Below, piece after piece: positions 54,543-63,717 of a DNA stretch of 64,000 nt (positions are counted from its first letter, which is position 1; each line of letters opens with the position of its first letter). Source of the DNA: Trueperaceae bacterium (GTDB lineage: Bacteria; Deinococcota; Deinococci; Deinococcales; Trueperaceae). The stretch is from NCBI GenBank assembly GCA_034521815.1, contig JAXHLW010000001.1:96001-160000 (forward strand), read 5' to 3'. Below the pieces are notes generated by a model, which worked only from the letters and a program-made list of their open reading frames with translations, had not been told where the DNA came from and did not search any database. A program made the position numbers and the translations under genes.

Positions 54543-54563
54543 GGCCCTCTCCGAGACGAGTGC

Positions 54564-54599
54564 ATAGATGATGGTCGAAACAAGTAGATCATCATCTAT
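54564..54599. promoter_or_regulatory. Putative ArsR operator: perfect inverted repeat ATAGATGATG-N16-CATCATCTAT
   Basis: AT-rich island 21 bp upstream of the ArsR start codon. Confidence 0.7.
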
Positions 54600-54663
54600 T
54601 CATCATCGGGGGTGCGAGCGCCGACGTCAAGGGGGCGAGGGCTCCGCCGGACCCTGGTCGCGC

Positions 54664-55986
54664 TCAGGTGGTCGCGGCGGCCGCGAGCGAGCGTCGCGCG
54701 CCGCGGAGCCGCCACAGCAGCCAGGCGATCTGAGCGATCGTTCCCGCCACGAACGACACCATCGCCAAGACCAGGCCCTCGCCACGCTGCAGCGCCACGC
54801 CCAGCGTCAGCAGGGCGGTGGCGACGACCAGGAACACGGCCACCGACTCGCTGATTCCCCGCGTGCGCCGGGCGTGCACCAAGCGTCCCTGGAGGTAGTT
54901 GCGCACCACGTCCAGCGGCGCCCAAGCGAGCCCGAACCAGAACGCGTGACGAGCCAGCTCCACCAGCGCTGGCGGCAGTCCGGACACCACCCCGAACCAG
55001 AGCGTCGCCAGCGGCGTCGTGGCGATCGTCACGGTCGCCACGAGCGAGCCCACGGCCAGCAAAACGGTGAACCGTTGCAGCGCCGACTCCGCACCCGGCT
55101 CGTCCATCAGCGCCACGACCACCTCGTTGTAGGCGTAGCCCATGCTCCTGAACAGGAACACCAGTCCGTTCACGACCGGCCACGCCGCCAACGACGCCAG
55201 AGCGGCCGGCATGCGGCCGATCGCGGCGGCACCGATCGGCTGCACCAACAGCAGCAGCAAGCTGGTGAGCGCCAACGGTACGTAGAAGTCGACGAAGCCG
55301 CGCCAAGAAAGACCCGAGCCGGGATCGGCCGCATTCGCCAGCGGTCCGCGCACCACCGGCCGGGTCCGCAAGCCGGTGTAGAGCGCTTCGGCGCTGACGC
55401 CGGCGGCGATCGCGAGGGTGGCCACCACCACGCCAGGCACGGAGCCGATCGCGAGGCCCGAGAGAGCCACGGTGGTGACCGTGGCCAGCCGGACGCCGGT
55501 CCCCACGCCGACGGCCCCCGGGTGGCCGAAGCGGATCAGCAAGCCCTGATGGAAACGCCGATACGCGATCGTCCACGTCCACGGCAGCATGATCATCAGC
55601 CCGATCCGAGCCGGCTCGATCACCGCCTCGGGCGGATTGAGGAGCGGCACCAGGACGGAATCGAACGCTGGCGTGAACGCGAAGATCGCGTGCACGGCGG
55701 TCAGCAGTCCGCCCGCCACCATCATGAATCGGTGCATCAGTCGGTACGACTGAGGATCGCGCCCCAGAGCGGTCGTGGCGGCCAGCAGCATGATGATCGG
55801 CGCTTCGATGATCAGCGCCACCGGGAACACGACGCCGCCGTACGCGGCCAGGTGGATCTCCGGATCGGCCAAGCGCGCCATCACGGCACTCACCAACGGC
55901 ATTTCCACGCCCATGAACGCCCAGCTGGCGGCCAACGGCCACCAGCTGGCGAACACGCGTGCGAGCGAGAGGGGCTGCTTGGTCAC
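54664..55986 (-). CDS. MOP-superfamily (MATE/ANKH-like) 12-TM transporter
   Basis: Two repeated halves (WWPLAASW.../FYVPLALTS...), LAAYG/LAAW motifs. Confidence 0.65.
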   Translation of the reverse strand: MTKQPLSLARVFASWWPLAASWAFMGVEMPLVSAVMARLADPEIHLAAYGGVVFPVALIIEAPIIMLLAATTALGRDPQSYRLMHRFMMVAGGLLTAVHAIFAFTPAFDSVLVPLLNPPEAVIEPARIGLMIMLPWTWTIAYRRFHQGLLIRFGHPGAVGVGTGVRLATVTTVALSGLAIGSVPGVVVATLAIAAGVSAEALYTGLRTRPVVRGPLANAADPGSGLSWRGFVDFYVPLALTSLLLLLVQPIGAAAIGRMPAALASLAAWPVVNGLVFLFRSMGYAYNEVVVALMDEPGAESALQRFTVLLAVGSLVATVTIATTPLATLWFGVVSGLPPALVELARHAFWFGLAWAPLDVVRNYLQGRLVHARRTRGISESVAVFLVVATALLTLGVALQRGEGLVLAMVSFVAGTIAQIAWLLWRLRGARRSLAAAATT

Positions 55987-56166
55987 GACGGAGAGCGTAC
56001 GCCCCTCTTCCCGTGACCGACGAGCAACGCGCTACATCGCCGCGGTGCCGCAGCTGGACCTTGCCGAACGGACCGTCCGAACGCACCGTTCCACAGCGAT
56101 TCGAGCCGGTTCGGTGCTGCACGAAGGGCGTAGGAGCCTGCTCGCGACGAGGTCGCACGCAAGCCC

Positions 56167-56195
56167 TTGACGAATGCCGCATACCGGGGTATCTT
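56167..56195 (+). promoter_or_regulatory. Near-consensus sigma70 promoter TTGACG-17-TATCTT
   Basis: -35 at 56167-56172, -10 at 56190-56195, exact 17-bp spacer, AT-rich island. Confidence 0.75.
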
Positions 56196-56201
56196 TTCCT
56201 C

Positions 56202-56262
56202 ATAAGCAGTTGAACGAAATCAGCAGTTGAACGAACCGCCGCGCGGAGAGCGCGGCTTTCTT
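56202..56262 (+). ncRNA. Candidate ~60-nt small RNA with two identical 14-nt repeats (AGCAGUUGAACGAA)
   Basis: Lies between a consensus promoter and an intrinsic terminator; no credible + strand CDS follows. Confidence 0.55.
56238..56262 (+). terminator. Intrinsic terminator GCCGCGC-GGAGA-GCGCGGC-TTTCTT
   Basis: Perfect 7-bp GC stem followed by a U-rich tract. Confidence 0.7.
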
Positions 56263-56374
56263 CATGCTTCATGGCGTGACGCATCGTGGCGCGGGACGCC
56301 GCTCGGCGTCACTCGCTCGGCGTCCACGCTTCGACGCCGAGCTTCCGGCGTCGTTGCGAGGCTGCCTCGGAGGT

Positions 56375-56869
56375 CTACAGGCGGGCTTCGTCGACGACAC
56401 GTCCGTCGACCCAGTGCTCGCCGGTCTCGTCCGACTCGTGCTTCCAGATCGGGAGTCTCGCCTTGCACCGCTCCAGCGCTTCGCGGCAGGCGTCGAACGC
56501 CGCGTCGCGATGGGGGCTGCAGGCGATGATGGCGATCGACGCCTCGCCGGGAAGGCATCGTCCGAGCCGGTGCGCCAGCGCGAGGCCCAGAAGAGGGAAC
56601 GCCTCGCGGAGCTCCGTCGCGATGCGACCCAGCTCGGCTTCGATCATCGCGTCGTACCCTTCGTAGTCGATCCAGAACACGTCGCGGCCGTGGTTCGGAC
56701 TGCGGACCGTGCCGACGAAGCTCGCGATCGCTCCGGAACGAGCGTCGGCCACCTCCGACGCCAACGCATCCGCGCTCAGCGCATCGCGGGTCAGCAGCAG
56801 CCGCTGACGGTACGTCCCATCCTTCTGCCCCTCGAGGGGCGTGGCGTGTCCCTCGGGTCCGGGCGGCAC
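56375..56869 (-). CDS. moaE: Molybdopterin synthase catalytic subunit
   Basis: GAIASFVGTVR, YEGY, HRLG, SPHRDAAF, KARLPIWKHE. Confidence 0.92.
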   Translation of the reverse strand: MPPGPEGHATPLEGQKDGTYRQRLLLTRDALSADALASEVADARSGAIASFVGTVRSPNHGRDVFWIDYEGYDAMIEAELGRIATELREAFPLLGLALAHRLGRCLPGEASIAIIACSPHRDAAFDACREALERCKARLPIWKHESDETGEHWVDGRVVDEARL

Positions 56870-56870
56870 C

Positions 56871-57851
56871 TCAGCCGCCGATCGCGACCATCGTCCGGTC
56901 GCGCACGACAGGCGCGGTGACGCCGCTCGCCACCTTCCGGTGGGCAGCGACGAGGAACGCGTCGATCACGGCGGAGACCGGATCGCTCGCTTCGAGCGCC
57001 TCGCGCATCGGGTACTCGCGATCGGTCAGCAGGCACGGTCGCAAGCGCGCGTCGCTGGTGACGCGCATGCGGCTGCACGCCCCGCAGAACGGGTTCGAGA
57101 CCGGGTCGATGAAGCCGAGCGCGCCGGCGAAGCCGTCCGCGCGGTACAGGCGTGCGGGCGCGGACGGGTCGGTCGGCACCGCGGTCAGCTGGCCGAACGC
57201 GGTCTCGATCCGCTCCCGGCTCTCGGCGCCCGAGACGAAGCGAGCCCGGTACGCGTCCGGATCGGCGTTGTTCAGGTGCATGTACTCGATGAAGCGCACG
57301 TGCCAGGGACGGTCTCGGGTGAGCTCCGCCAGCGGCACCAGCTGATCGTCGTTGATGCCACGAACGACCACGGCGTTGAGCTTGATCGGGGTCATGCCGG
57401 CCTGCTCCGCGGCCCGGATGCCGTCCCAGACCTGCGCGATCGTCCCGCCGCCGGTGGCTTCGCGGAACGCGTCCGCGTCGGCAGCGTCCAGGCTGACGTT
57501 GATCCGGTCCAGGCCGGCGTCGAGCAGATCGGGAAGGCGTCGCGCCAAGAGGCTGGCGTTCGTGGTCATGGCGATGTCGGGAATGCCGTGCTTCTTCGCG
57601 AGGGCGATCATCTCGGGCAGCTCGCGGCGGAGAAGCGGCTCGCCACCGGTGAACCTGACCGATTCGATGCCCAGCGCGACGGCGGCCTCGAGGATCACGT
57701 CGACGTCGGCCACGCTGACGGTCCCGACGGGGTCCTTCGCGCCCTCGCGCAGAGGGTCGCAGTAGAAGCAGGCGTAGTTGCAGCGTGGCGTGACGGATAA
57801 GCGCAGGTCACGCACCACGCGTCCGTGTTGATCGATCAGGGAACGGCTCAC
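56871..57851 (-). CDS. moaA: GTP 3',8-cyclase
   Basis: LRLSVTPRCNYACFYC, TGGEPLLR, FCGACSRMR..PCL, C-terminal IGG. Confidence 0.96.
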   Translation of the reverse strand: MSRSLIDQHGRVVRDLRLSVTPRCNYACFYCDPLREGAKDPVGTVSVADVDVILEAAVALGIESVRFTGGEPLLRRELPEMIALAKKHGIPDIAMTTNASLLARRLPDLLDAGLDRINVSLDAADADAFREATGGGTIAQVWDGIRAAEQAGMTPIKLNAVVVRGINDDQLVPLAELTRDRPWHVRFIEYMHLNNADPDAYRARFVSGAESRERIETAFGQLTAVPTDPSAPARLYRADGFAGALGFIDPVSNPFCGACSRMRVTSDARLRPCLLTDREYPMREALEASDPVSAVIDAFLVAAHRKVASGVTAPVVRDRTMVAIGG

Positions 57852-58393
57852 CGCGTCGTCTCCTCGGGTCGCGTCGCGTATCGGCCCGCGTCAGGGCCGT
57901 CGTGCACGTGAGGCGACGTCGCGCCGCCCCGGAACGGCGCCGGGTCGTCCGGACCCGGTCCGCCTACGATACGGACCGGGTCGCCCCGCTGCAAGCGACC
58001 AACGTCCCGAACGCGCAGGTACACCCCGCGTCGCCCGTACGCCGCCTTGGGCAGGCGCGGATGCACGGCCGCGAGCGAGCGACAGACCGGGCACGGCCCG
58101 ACGACCTCGCAGGCCACACCTCCCATATCGATACGCGTGCCCGGGGCCAGGCCATCCGCCGGTAGCTCGGTGACGACGAGGTTCTCGCCGAGGCTCCCGT
58201 AGGGCAGATCCAGTCCCCGAGTCCGAAGATCGTCGTAGCTGGCGTCCGGCACGAGCAGCAGGGCGCGGTCGGGGGACCGCCCGTAGTGCCGGTCCCCGTG
58301 CACGCCGAGGCCGTCCACCCGTACCGACGCCCGGGCCTCTTTCACGAACGCAGGCCCGCCGGCGAAGAGCCCGACGATACGCGGACGGCCCAT
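57848..58393 (-). CDS. MOSC domain protein
   Basis: GDRH, RALLL, GSLGENL, PCPVC, RRGVY. Confidence 0.85.
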   Translation of the reverse strand: MGRPRIVGLFAGGPAFVKEARASVRVDGLGVHGDRHYGRSPDRALLLVPDASYDDLRTRGLDLPYGSLGENLVVTELPADGLAPGTRIDMGGVACEVVGPCPVCRSLAAVHPRLPKAAYGRRGVYLRVRDVGRLQRGDPVRIVGGPGPDDPAPFRGGATSPHVHDGPDAGRYATRPEETTR

Positions 58394-58394
58394 C

Positions 58395-59114
58395 TCAGGG
58401 AACGCTCGGGCGTCGCTCGAGCACGTCCCGTGGGCCCAGATCCCGACCTCGGGCTTCGGCGACGTCCTCGGGCGCGTAGCGGTCGAAGTCCGGCGGCAAG
58501 GCGCCGTCCTCGTCCCACGCGATCACGACGTGATTCAGCACGGCTGCGAGGCTGGCATCGGAAAGCTGTTGCCAGCCCGGCATGACGCCGTTGTACGACG
58601 TGCCGTCCACCGTGATCTGTCCGTTCAGGCCGTAGAGCAGGACATCGACCAGATAGCTTCGGTCGGCGGCGGCCAGATCGGCGGCGTGGCCGGCCAGCGG
58701 GGGAAAGCCGCCGGGAACGCCCGCGCCCTCGGCGCCGTGGCACGACGCGCAGCTCGTCGCGTACACCTGAGCGCCGTCCACGTCGGCCATGGTCTCTGGC
58801 GCGTCGTCGGCGGACGCTTCCGGCGGCTCCGGCGGCGGCTCGGTCCCCAGGTAGGTGGTGAGGTACTCGAACAGGATCTCTTCCTCCTCCTCGGTGACCT
58901 GCATCCCGAGCTGCTTCATCAGCTGAATCGTGTCGGCCCAGAGGAAGTCGGGAAGGCCGGCGTTGCTCACCGTGTAGTTGATGGGGTGGCACTGCTGACA
59001 CTTGCCGTAGACCAGGTCCACGCCCGGTCCTTGGGGAAGGGGACCGTCTTCCTGGGCCCAGGCGAAAGCGAGGACGAGCGCTGCGAAAAGCGCGATGACG
59101 GTGCGATGGGTCAC
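58395..59114 (-). CDS. Diheme c-type cytochrome (SorB-like domain plus c552-like domain)
   Basis: Signal peptide; CQQCH and CASCH heme motifs; FPPLAGH and YNGVMP. Confidence 0.88.
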   Translation of the reverse strand: MTHRTVIALFAALVLAFAWAQEDGPLPQGPGVDLVYGKCQQCHPINYTVSNAGLPDFLWADTIQLMKQLGMQVTEEEEEILFEYLTTYLGTEPPPEPPEASADDAPETMADVDGAQVYATSCASCHGAEGAGVPGGFPPLAGHAADLAAADRSYLVDVLLYGLNGQITVDGTSYNGVMPGWQQLSDASLAAVLNHVVIAWDEDGALPPDFDRYAPEDVAEARGRDLGPRDVLERRPSVP

Positions 59115-59187
59115 GTTGTGGACTCCGATACGGCACCGTCGGACCGGGTGCGCCGGTCCGACGGGTGCGAGGCTGAAAATGCTGGGG

Positions 59188-60465
59188 TCAGGACGCGGCG
59201 ACGTCGACGTAGTCGGCGCCGTGCCATTCGTACCCCGACGGGTTCCAGAGGATGCTGCCGTTGAGAGGCTGCGCGCGGCCCCGCTCGTCGATGGCGCGCG
59301 ACCAGATGCGGTTCTGGCCGGAGCCGAGGTTCACGACCGTGCTGAACTCGTACCATCCGTAGCCGCCGTGGGGAGCGCTCAGATCGGCGCGACGCCAGGT
59401 CTGGCCGTCGTCGATCGAGATCTCCACCGCGGTGACCGGCACGGTTCCGTCGTTCCAAGCGACGCCGCTCACCTCGACCTCGCCCGCCGCCACGTCGCTC
59501 TCGTTGCTCGGAGAGAAGATCACGCTCTTGACGAGCTGACGCCAGTCGGGCGTGCTGTTGTCGAAGGTGTAGGTGATCGGCGTCCCCGGCTCGATCGGAT
59601 CGTTCGGGATGCGGTAGCGCGGGATCTGGTTGACGTTGTTGGTCTGAAGCCCCTCGAAGCGAAGGCGGGAGAGCCACTTCACGTTCATCGTCCCGTAGTA
59701 CCCCGGCACGACCAGGCGGACGGGGCCGCCGTGCGCTCCGGGAAGCGGCTCGCCGTTCATGTGCGTGGCCAGGATCGCGCGCTCCATGACGTCGTCCAGG
59801 GGAAGCGAGTGCTCGAAGTCCGGGCGCGCGCTGCCTTCGGGCGGCGCGTCTCTGCCCTCTGCGGTGACGAAGTTCACCTCGTCACGGGGCGCGAGGGCCG
59901 GCTCGAACGTGTCCAGCAGGCTCGTCAGCTTCGGTCCACGGAAGGTGACCTGACCCATGCCGCCGTGCGCCCACTGCGTGCCGCGCGTCTGCACCGAGCG
60001 AGCGTAGAAGCTCCGCCCGTTTCCGCTGCACTGCAGCACCATCGTGACCTCCTCCTGCGGGAGGTCGGCCAGGGTCGCGGCGTCCACGACGCGCGGGAAG
60101 GCCACGCTGCCCATCAGCTCGATCGTCCAGCCCTCGAGCGGCACGCCTTCCAGGCTGCGCCCCTCGGGCTCCTGAATCTGGTTGTTGCGGACGTAGAGGA
60201 TCTCCTTGGGGGTGATGGCGTGCTCGCTCAACAGGTCCAGCGGCGTCTCCAGCACGCCGGTCCGGTCGTTGTGCACGATCATCGCGTCGCTCTTGCCGGC
60301 GATCACCTGCGAGGCCGGCTGCAGATCCTGGGCACGCGCGAACTGCGTGATGGTGGGCAGTCCGGCGCTAGCGGCGGCGGTGAGCCCCATCATCCGCAAC
60401 AGCTCGCGACGTTCGAGCTTCGCTTGCTGGACACGGTGAAGAGCGCGAGAAAGATGCTCCGACAT
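59188..60465 (-). CDS. Tat-exported sulfite oxidase-family molybdoenzyme (SorA/SorT-like)
   Basis: ERRELL Tat motif, YVRNN, LQCSGNGR Moco Cys, HGGPVRLVVPG, VKW, WNPSGY. Confidence 0.92.
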   Translation of the reverse strand: MSEHLSRALHRVQQAKLERRELLRMMGLTAAASAGLPTITQFARAQDLQPASQVIAGKSDAMIVHNDRTGVLETPLDLLSEHAITPKEILYVRNNQIQEPEGRSLEGVPLEGWTIELMGSVAFPRVVDAATLADLPQEEVTMVLQCSGNGRSFYARSVQTRGTQWAHGGMGQVTFRGPKLTSLLDTFEPALAPRDEVNFVTAEGRDAPPEGSARPDFEHSLPLDDVMERAILATHMNGEPLPGAHGGPVRLVVPGYYGTMNVKWLSRLRFEGLQTNNVNQIPRYRIPNDPIEPGTPITYTFDNSTPDWRQLVKSVIFSPSNESDVAAGEVEVSGVAWNDGTVPVTAVEISIDDGQTWRRADLSAPHGGYGWYEFSTVVNLGSGQNRIWSRAIDERGRAQPLNGSILWNPSGYEWHGADYVDVAAS

Positions 60466-60553
60466 CGAGGACCTCCTTGGGACAGGGGCGAAGACGGACG
60501 GGCTACGCGAGACGCGGGACCACGGTCGACGGCGAACGGGACATTCGTCCCGC

Positions 60554-60604
60554 AGTATGCGACGGGCGACGCTCTCCGCGCAACTACCTGACAGAGATGG
60601 TCAG
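60554..60604 (-). promoter_or_regulatory. Possible promoter (TTGCGC-18-CATACT) and upstream palindrome CTGAC-N7-GTCAG for the sulfite oxidase operon
   Basis: Palindrome 60588-60604 just upstream of the -35 candidate; short, so it could be chance. Confidence 0.35.
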
Positions 60605-60678
60605 AAAAGCGTCCAACCGATCGATCCTCGAGCGTCCACGGCTGAACCATGGCGTCGGTGTCGCGTCGGCGCGCGGCG

Positions 60679-61971
60679 TCAGGCGGCGGGCCCCGCGTCG
60701 TCGCGGTCCGGCGTCGACGCTTCGCGTGCCGGCGGCTTCAGGCCCAGGGACGCCAGCGCCAAGGCGGCGGGGATCGTGGCTGAGACCAGCAGCACCGGCA
60801 GGTAGCTGCCGGCCAGGTCGTAGCCGACCGCGAACAGCAGCGGACCCACCGCCGTGCCGGCCACGCCCAGCGTGGTCGCGAAGCCCTTGATCGAGCCGAT
60901 GTGGGCGCGGCCGAAGTACGCGGCGTACGCCGAGCCGCCCAACGCGCCCTTCATCCCTTGCGCCAAGCCGATGAACGCTCCGTAGACCAGCAGCAACGGC
61001 GCGGGAATCCAGCCGGCCATCACCAGGGCCGCCGCCTGGAACACCAGCATCGTGGCCAGCACGAAGCGCGGCGCGACACGGTCCAGGAGCGCGCCCGTCG
61101 CCACGTTCGCCCCGGCGGTGATCAGGCCGAGGGGCACGAACACGGCTGCGGCGGCCGCCCGGTCGAACCCGCTCTGCGTGACGATGTCGAAGTGGTGGAA
61201 CACCAGCCCGGTCGATAGCGCAGCGACCGCCACGTCTCCCGCCGTGACCAGCCAGAACGCTCCGGTGCGGCGCGCCTGGGCCAGCGTCAGGTTCGATTCG
61301 ACGACCGGCGCGGGCGGGGTTCGCCCCGCGCGATGGCCGTCGGGCGCGGTGCCGTACCGCTCCGGAGCGCCGCGGAAGAAGGCGACGCCCAGCGGGAGCG
61401 CCACCACCGCGACCATCACGGCCATCCATGCGTAGCCCCCGCGCCACCCCACGCGTCCGATGAGCGCCTCGAGCAAGCCCGGGAAGACCGCGGTCGCGAC
61501 GGCCATCCCGAGCCCGGTCAGGCCGACCGCCAAGCCGCGCCGCCGCACGAACCAGAGGTTCACCGTGTGCAGGCTCACCAGGCTCAGCGCGCCCTGACCC
61601 AAGCCCCGGATCAGCACGAAGCCGATCGCCAGCATCGCCAACGTCGTCACGCCGCTCATGAACAGGCACGCCAGGGCGAAGCCGCCCGCGATCAGCCCGA
61701 CGGAAAGCCGCGGACCGCGAGCGTCGATGAAACGGCCGACGAACGGCAGCGCGAGCGAGCCGAGCAAGGTGCCGACGGTGTAGAGCAGCGACACCGTGCT
61801 CCGCGACACCTCGAGATCCGTCAGGATCGGATCGAGGAACACCGACACCCCCACCGTCTGGCCGGGCACCGTCATCATCGTCGTGACGACGGCGGTCGCC
61901 AGGACGACCCAGGCGTACGGCAAGGGCGATCGGTCGACGAACTTGCTGTGGCGAACCGGTGGAGCCGGCAT
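60679..61971 (-). CDS. MFS transporter
   Basis: 12 TM; GRFIDARGPR and GALLDRVAPR motif A; WFVRRRGLAVG. Confidence 0.9.
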   Translation of the reverse strand: MPAPPVRHSKFVDRSPLPYAWVVLATAVVTTMMTVPGQTVGVSVFLDPILTDLEVSRSTVSLLYTVGTLLGSLALPFVGRFIDARGPRLSVGLIAGGFALACLFMSGVTTLAMLAIGFVLIRGLGQGALSLVSLHTVNLWFVRRRGLAVGLTGLGMAVATAVFPGLLEALIGRVGWRGGYAWMAVMVAVVALPLGVAFFRGAPERYGTAPDGHRAGRTPPAPVVESNLTLAQARRTGAFWLVTAGDVAVAALSTGLVFHHFDIVTQSGFDRAAAAAVFVPLGLITAGANVATGALLDRVAPRFVLATMLVFQAAALVMAGWIPAPLLLVYGAFIGLAQGMKGALGGSAYAAYFGRAHIGSIKGFATTLGVAGTAVGPLLFAVGYDLAGSYLPVLLVSATIPAALALASLGLKPPAREASTPDRDDAGPAA

Positions 61972-62064
61972 GGGCGACCTCGAAGCGGGGCGGAGGGTGG
62001 TGAACCGCGAAAGCGCCCCCGAGCCTACACCTGCGTCAGGGGCGCCGAGCGTCGCGAGCCGGGC

Positions 62065-62853
62065 TCAGTCGACGCGCACGTACCGTTCGGCGCTGAGCGT
62101 GAACGGGCCGTTCCCCTCGCTCCAGGCAGCGACCGCCACGCGGTAGCTTCCCGGCTGCAGCTCGAGGAACAGCTCCGAGTCGGTCGTGCCGCCCGCATCG
62201 TCGTTCTGATCCAGCCAGCCCTCGTCGTCGAACAGCGCCAAGACCGTGTCGAACGCGTTCGACGACGCCCGCAGCCGAACCAGCGAACGCTCCTCGACCT
62301 CGAGCGTGAACGAGCGGGTGGGACCGTAGCCCACCTCCGGGTCGGCGGGCTCCGTCCCCTGCAGCGACGCCTCGACGCTTCCGGAAAGCGGGAGCGCCTG
62401 GGTCTCGACCGGTTCAGGGGCGCGGGCCCTGACCTCGAACGCGCCGAGGTCCCACGGTCCGAAGCCACTCACGGCGAGCAGGTGAGCGCCCGGCTGCCGA
62501 GGCGTGAACACGATCTGCGGATCGACCCCGCTGGGCCCGTCGTCGATCGCGTCGAGGACCGAGCCGTCGGGCGCGTAGACGGTGAGGTAGGCGTCGAACG
62601 CATCGCTGACGACGTCCACCACGACGGGCGTGCCTGGCTCGGAACGCAGCACGACGACCTCGACGCGGCTTCCGTCCTTGAAGTTCTGGCCGGACTGGAG
62701 GGTCAGCTCGCTGGTCACCGACCCGCCCACGGAAAGCTCCGGCGCGGACGCGTAGTAGAAGATGGCGGGCGACAGCGTCTGCGTCACGCCGACGGAGCCG
62801 ACCGAGAGGGCGAGAACGAAGAGCGGAACGAGGACGTGGATCGGCTGACGCAT
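62065..62853 (-). CDS. Secreted protein with two pre-peptidase C-terminal (PPC)-like domains
   Basis: Signal peptide; two FDxxLxxxxxxG...DD repeats. Confidence 0.7.
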   Translation of the reverse strand: MRQPIHVLVPLFVLALSVGSVGVTQTLSPAIFYYASAPELSVGGSVTSELTLQSGQNFKDGSRVEVVVLRSEPGTPVVVDVVSDAFDAYLTVYAPDGSVLDAIDDGPSGVDPQIVFTPRQPGAHLLAVSGFGPWDLGAFEVRARAPEPVETQALPLSGSVEASLQGTEPADPEVGYGPTRSFTLEVEERSLVRLRASSNAFDTVLALFDDEGWLDQNDDAGGTTDSELFLELQPGSYRVAVAAWSEGNGPFTLSAERYVRVD

Positions 62854-63072
62854 GGGTGAGGCCCCTTCCTGGACGGTCGCCGTGCACGGCGGGCGCATGG
62901 CCGAGCGCGGCGCCGAGCGCGAGGTCGAGCGCGAGGCCGCCCTGCGCGGTGGTGCCCGGCGCGCATCCGTCCGCCCGAGCGTCGCTGCGCCCGGGAGCAG
63001 ACCCATCGTACGCCGGGCCGCCGACCCGGCGGCCGTCGGACGCCCGTCCCCCGAAGCGACTACACTTCAGCG

Positions 63073-63717
63073 ATGACCTTCGCACCGAACGACACCCTCC
63101 CGGCTCGTCGGCTGTCGCTGCTTCGGCTGTCGCCCCGTCGGCTGCTGTCCCTCGTGGTGGCGACGATCGCGATGGCGATCCTCGCCCTCTCGACGTCCGT
63201 CGCCGTCGCTCAGGGGGTCGACCGCCCGCCGTTCGGCGTCGTCGAGGGGATGACCGGACCGGACTTCACGATGATGAGCCTCGAGGGGGAGCCGGTCACG
63301 CTCAGCGACCTGCGCGGCCGCCCGGTGCTGGTGAACTTCTGGGCGTCCTGGTGCCCGCCTTGCGTGGCCGAGCTGCCGTTGCTGGACCGGACGGCCGCCG
63401 AGGCGAGCGACCAGGTCCGCGTCGTGCTCCTCAACGTCGGCGAGCCTCACGACGTCGTGGCGCCGTTCCTGGCCCGCCTCGAGGTGGGGTCCGCGATCGT
63501 GCTTCGGGACGCTCGCGACGAGGAGCGGCCGCTGCCGGACGGGGTCGTGCCCAGCCGGGCGGTGGCGCAGGTGTACGAGACGTTCGGACTCCCGACCTCG
63601 CTGTTGCTGGACGAGGAGGGCGTGATCCGCGCCCGCATCTCGGGACCGATCGACGAGCCGATGCTGACCGCGCTGCTGCGCCGGGTCGGCGTCCAGCTGG
63701 GCGATCGTGCGCCGTAG
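63073..63717 (+). CDS. TlpA/ResA-family thiol-disulfide oxidoreductase
   Basis: NFWASWCPPCVAELP, GLPTS; N-terminal TM. Confidence 0.9.
   Translation: MTFAPNDTLPARRLSLLRLSPRRLLSLVVATIAMAILALSTSVAVAQGVDRPPFGVVEGMTGPDFTMMSLEGEPVTLSDLRGRPVLVNFWASWCPPCVAELPLLDRTAAEASDQVRVVLLNVGEPHDVVAPFLARLEVGSAIVLRDARDEERPLPDGVVPSRAVAQVYETFGLPTSLLLDEEGVIRARISGPIDEPMLTALLRRVGVQLGDRAP

Noticed and set aside
56264-56920. + strand ORF downstream of the strong promoter at 56167
   Set aside because: Antisense shadow of moaE with no motifs, and it lies beyond a terminator
60466-60678. Moco riboswitch upstream of the molybdoenzyme operon
   Set aside because: I could not recognise the conserved Moco RNA motif by eye; an Infernal search would be needed
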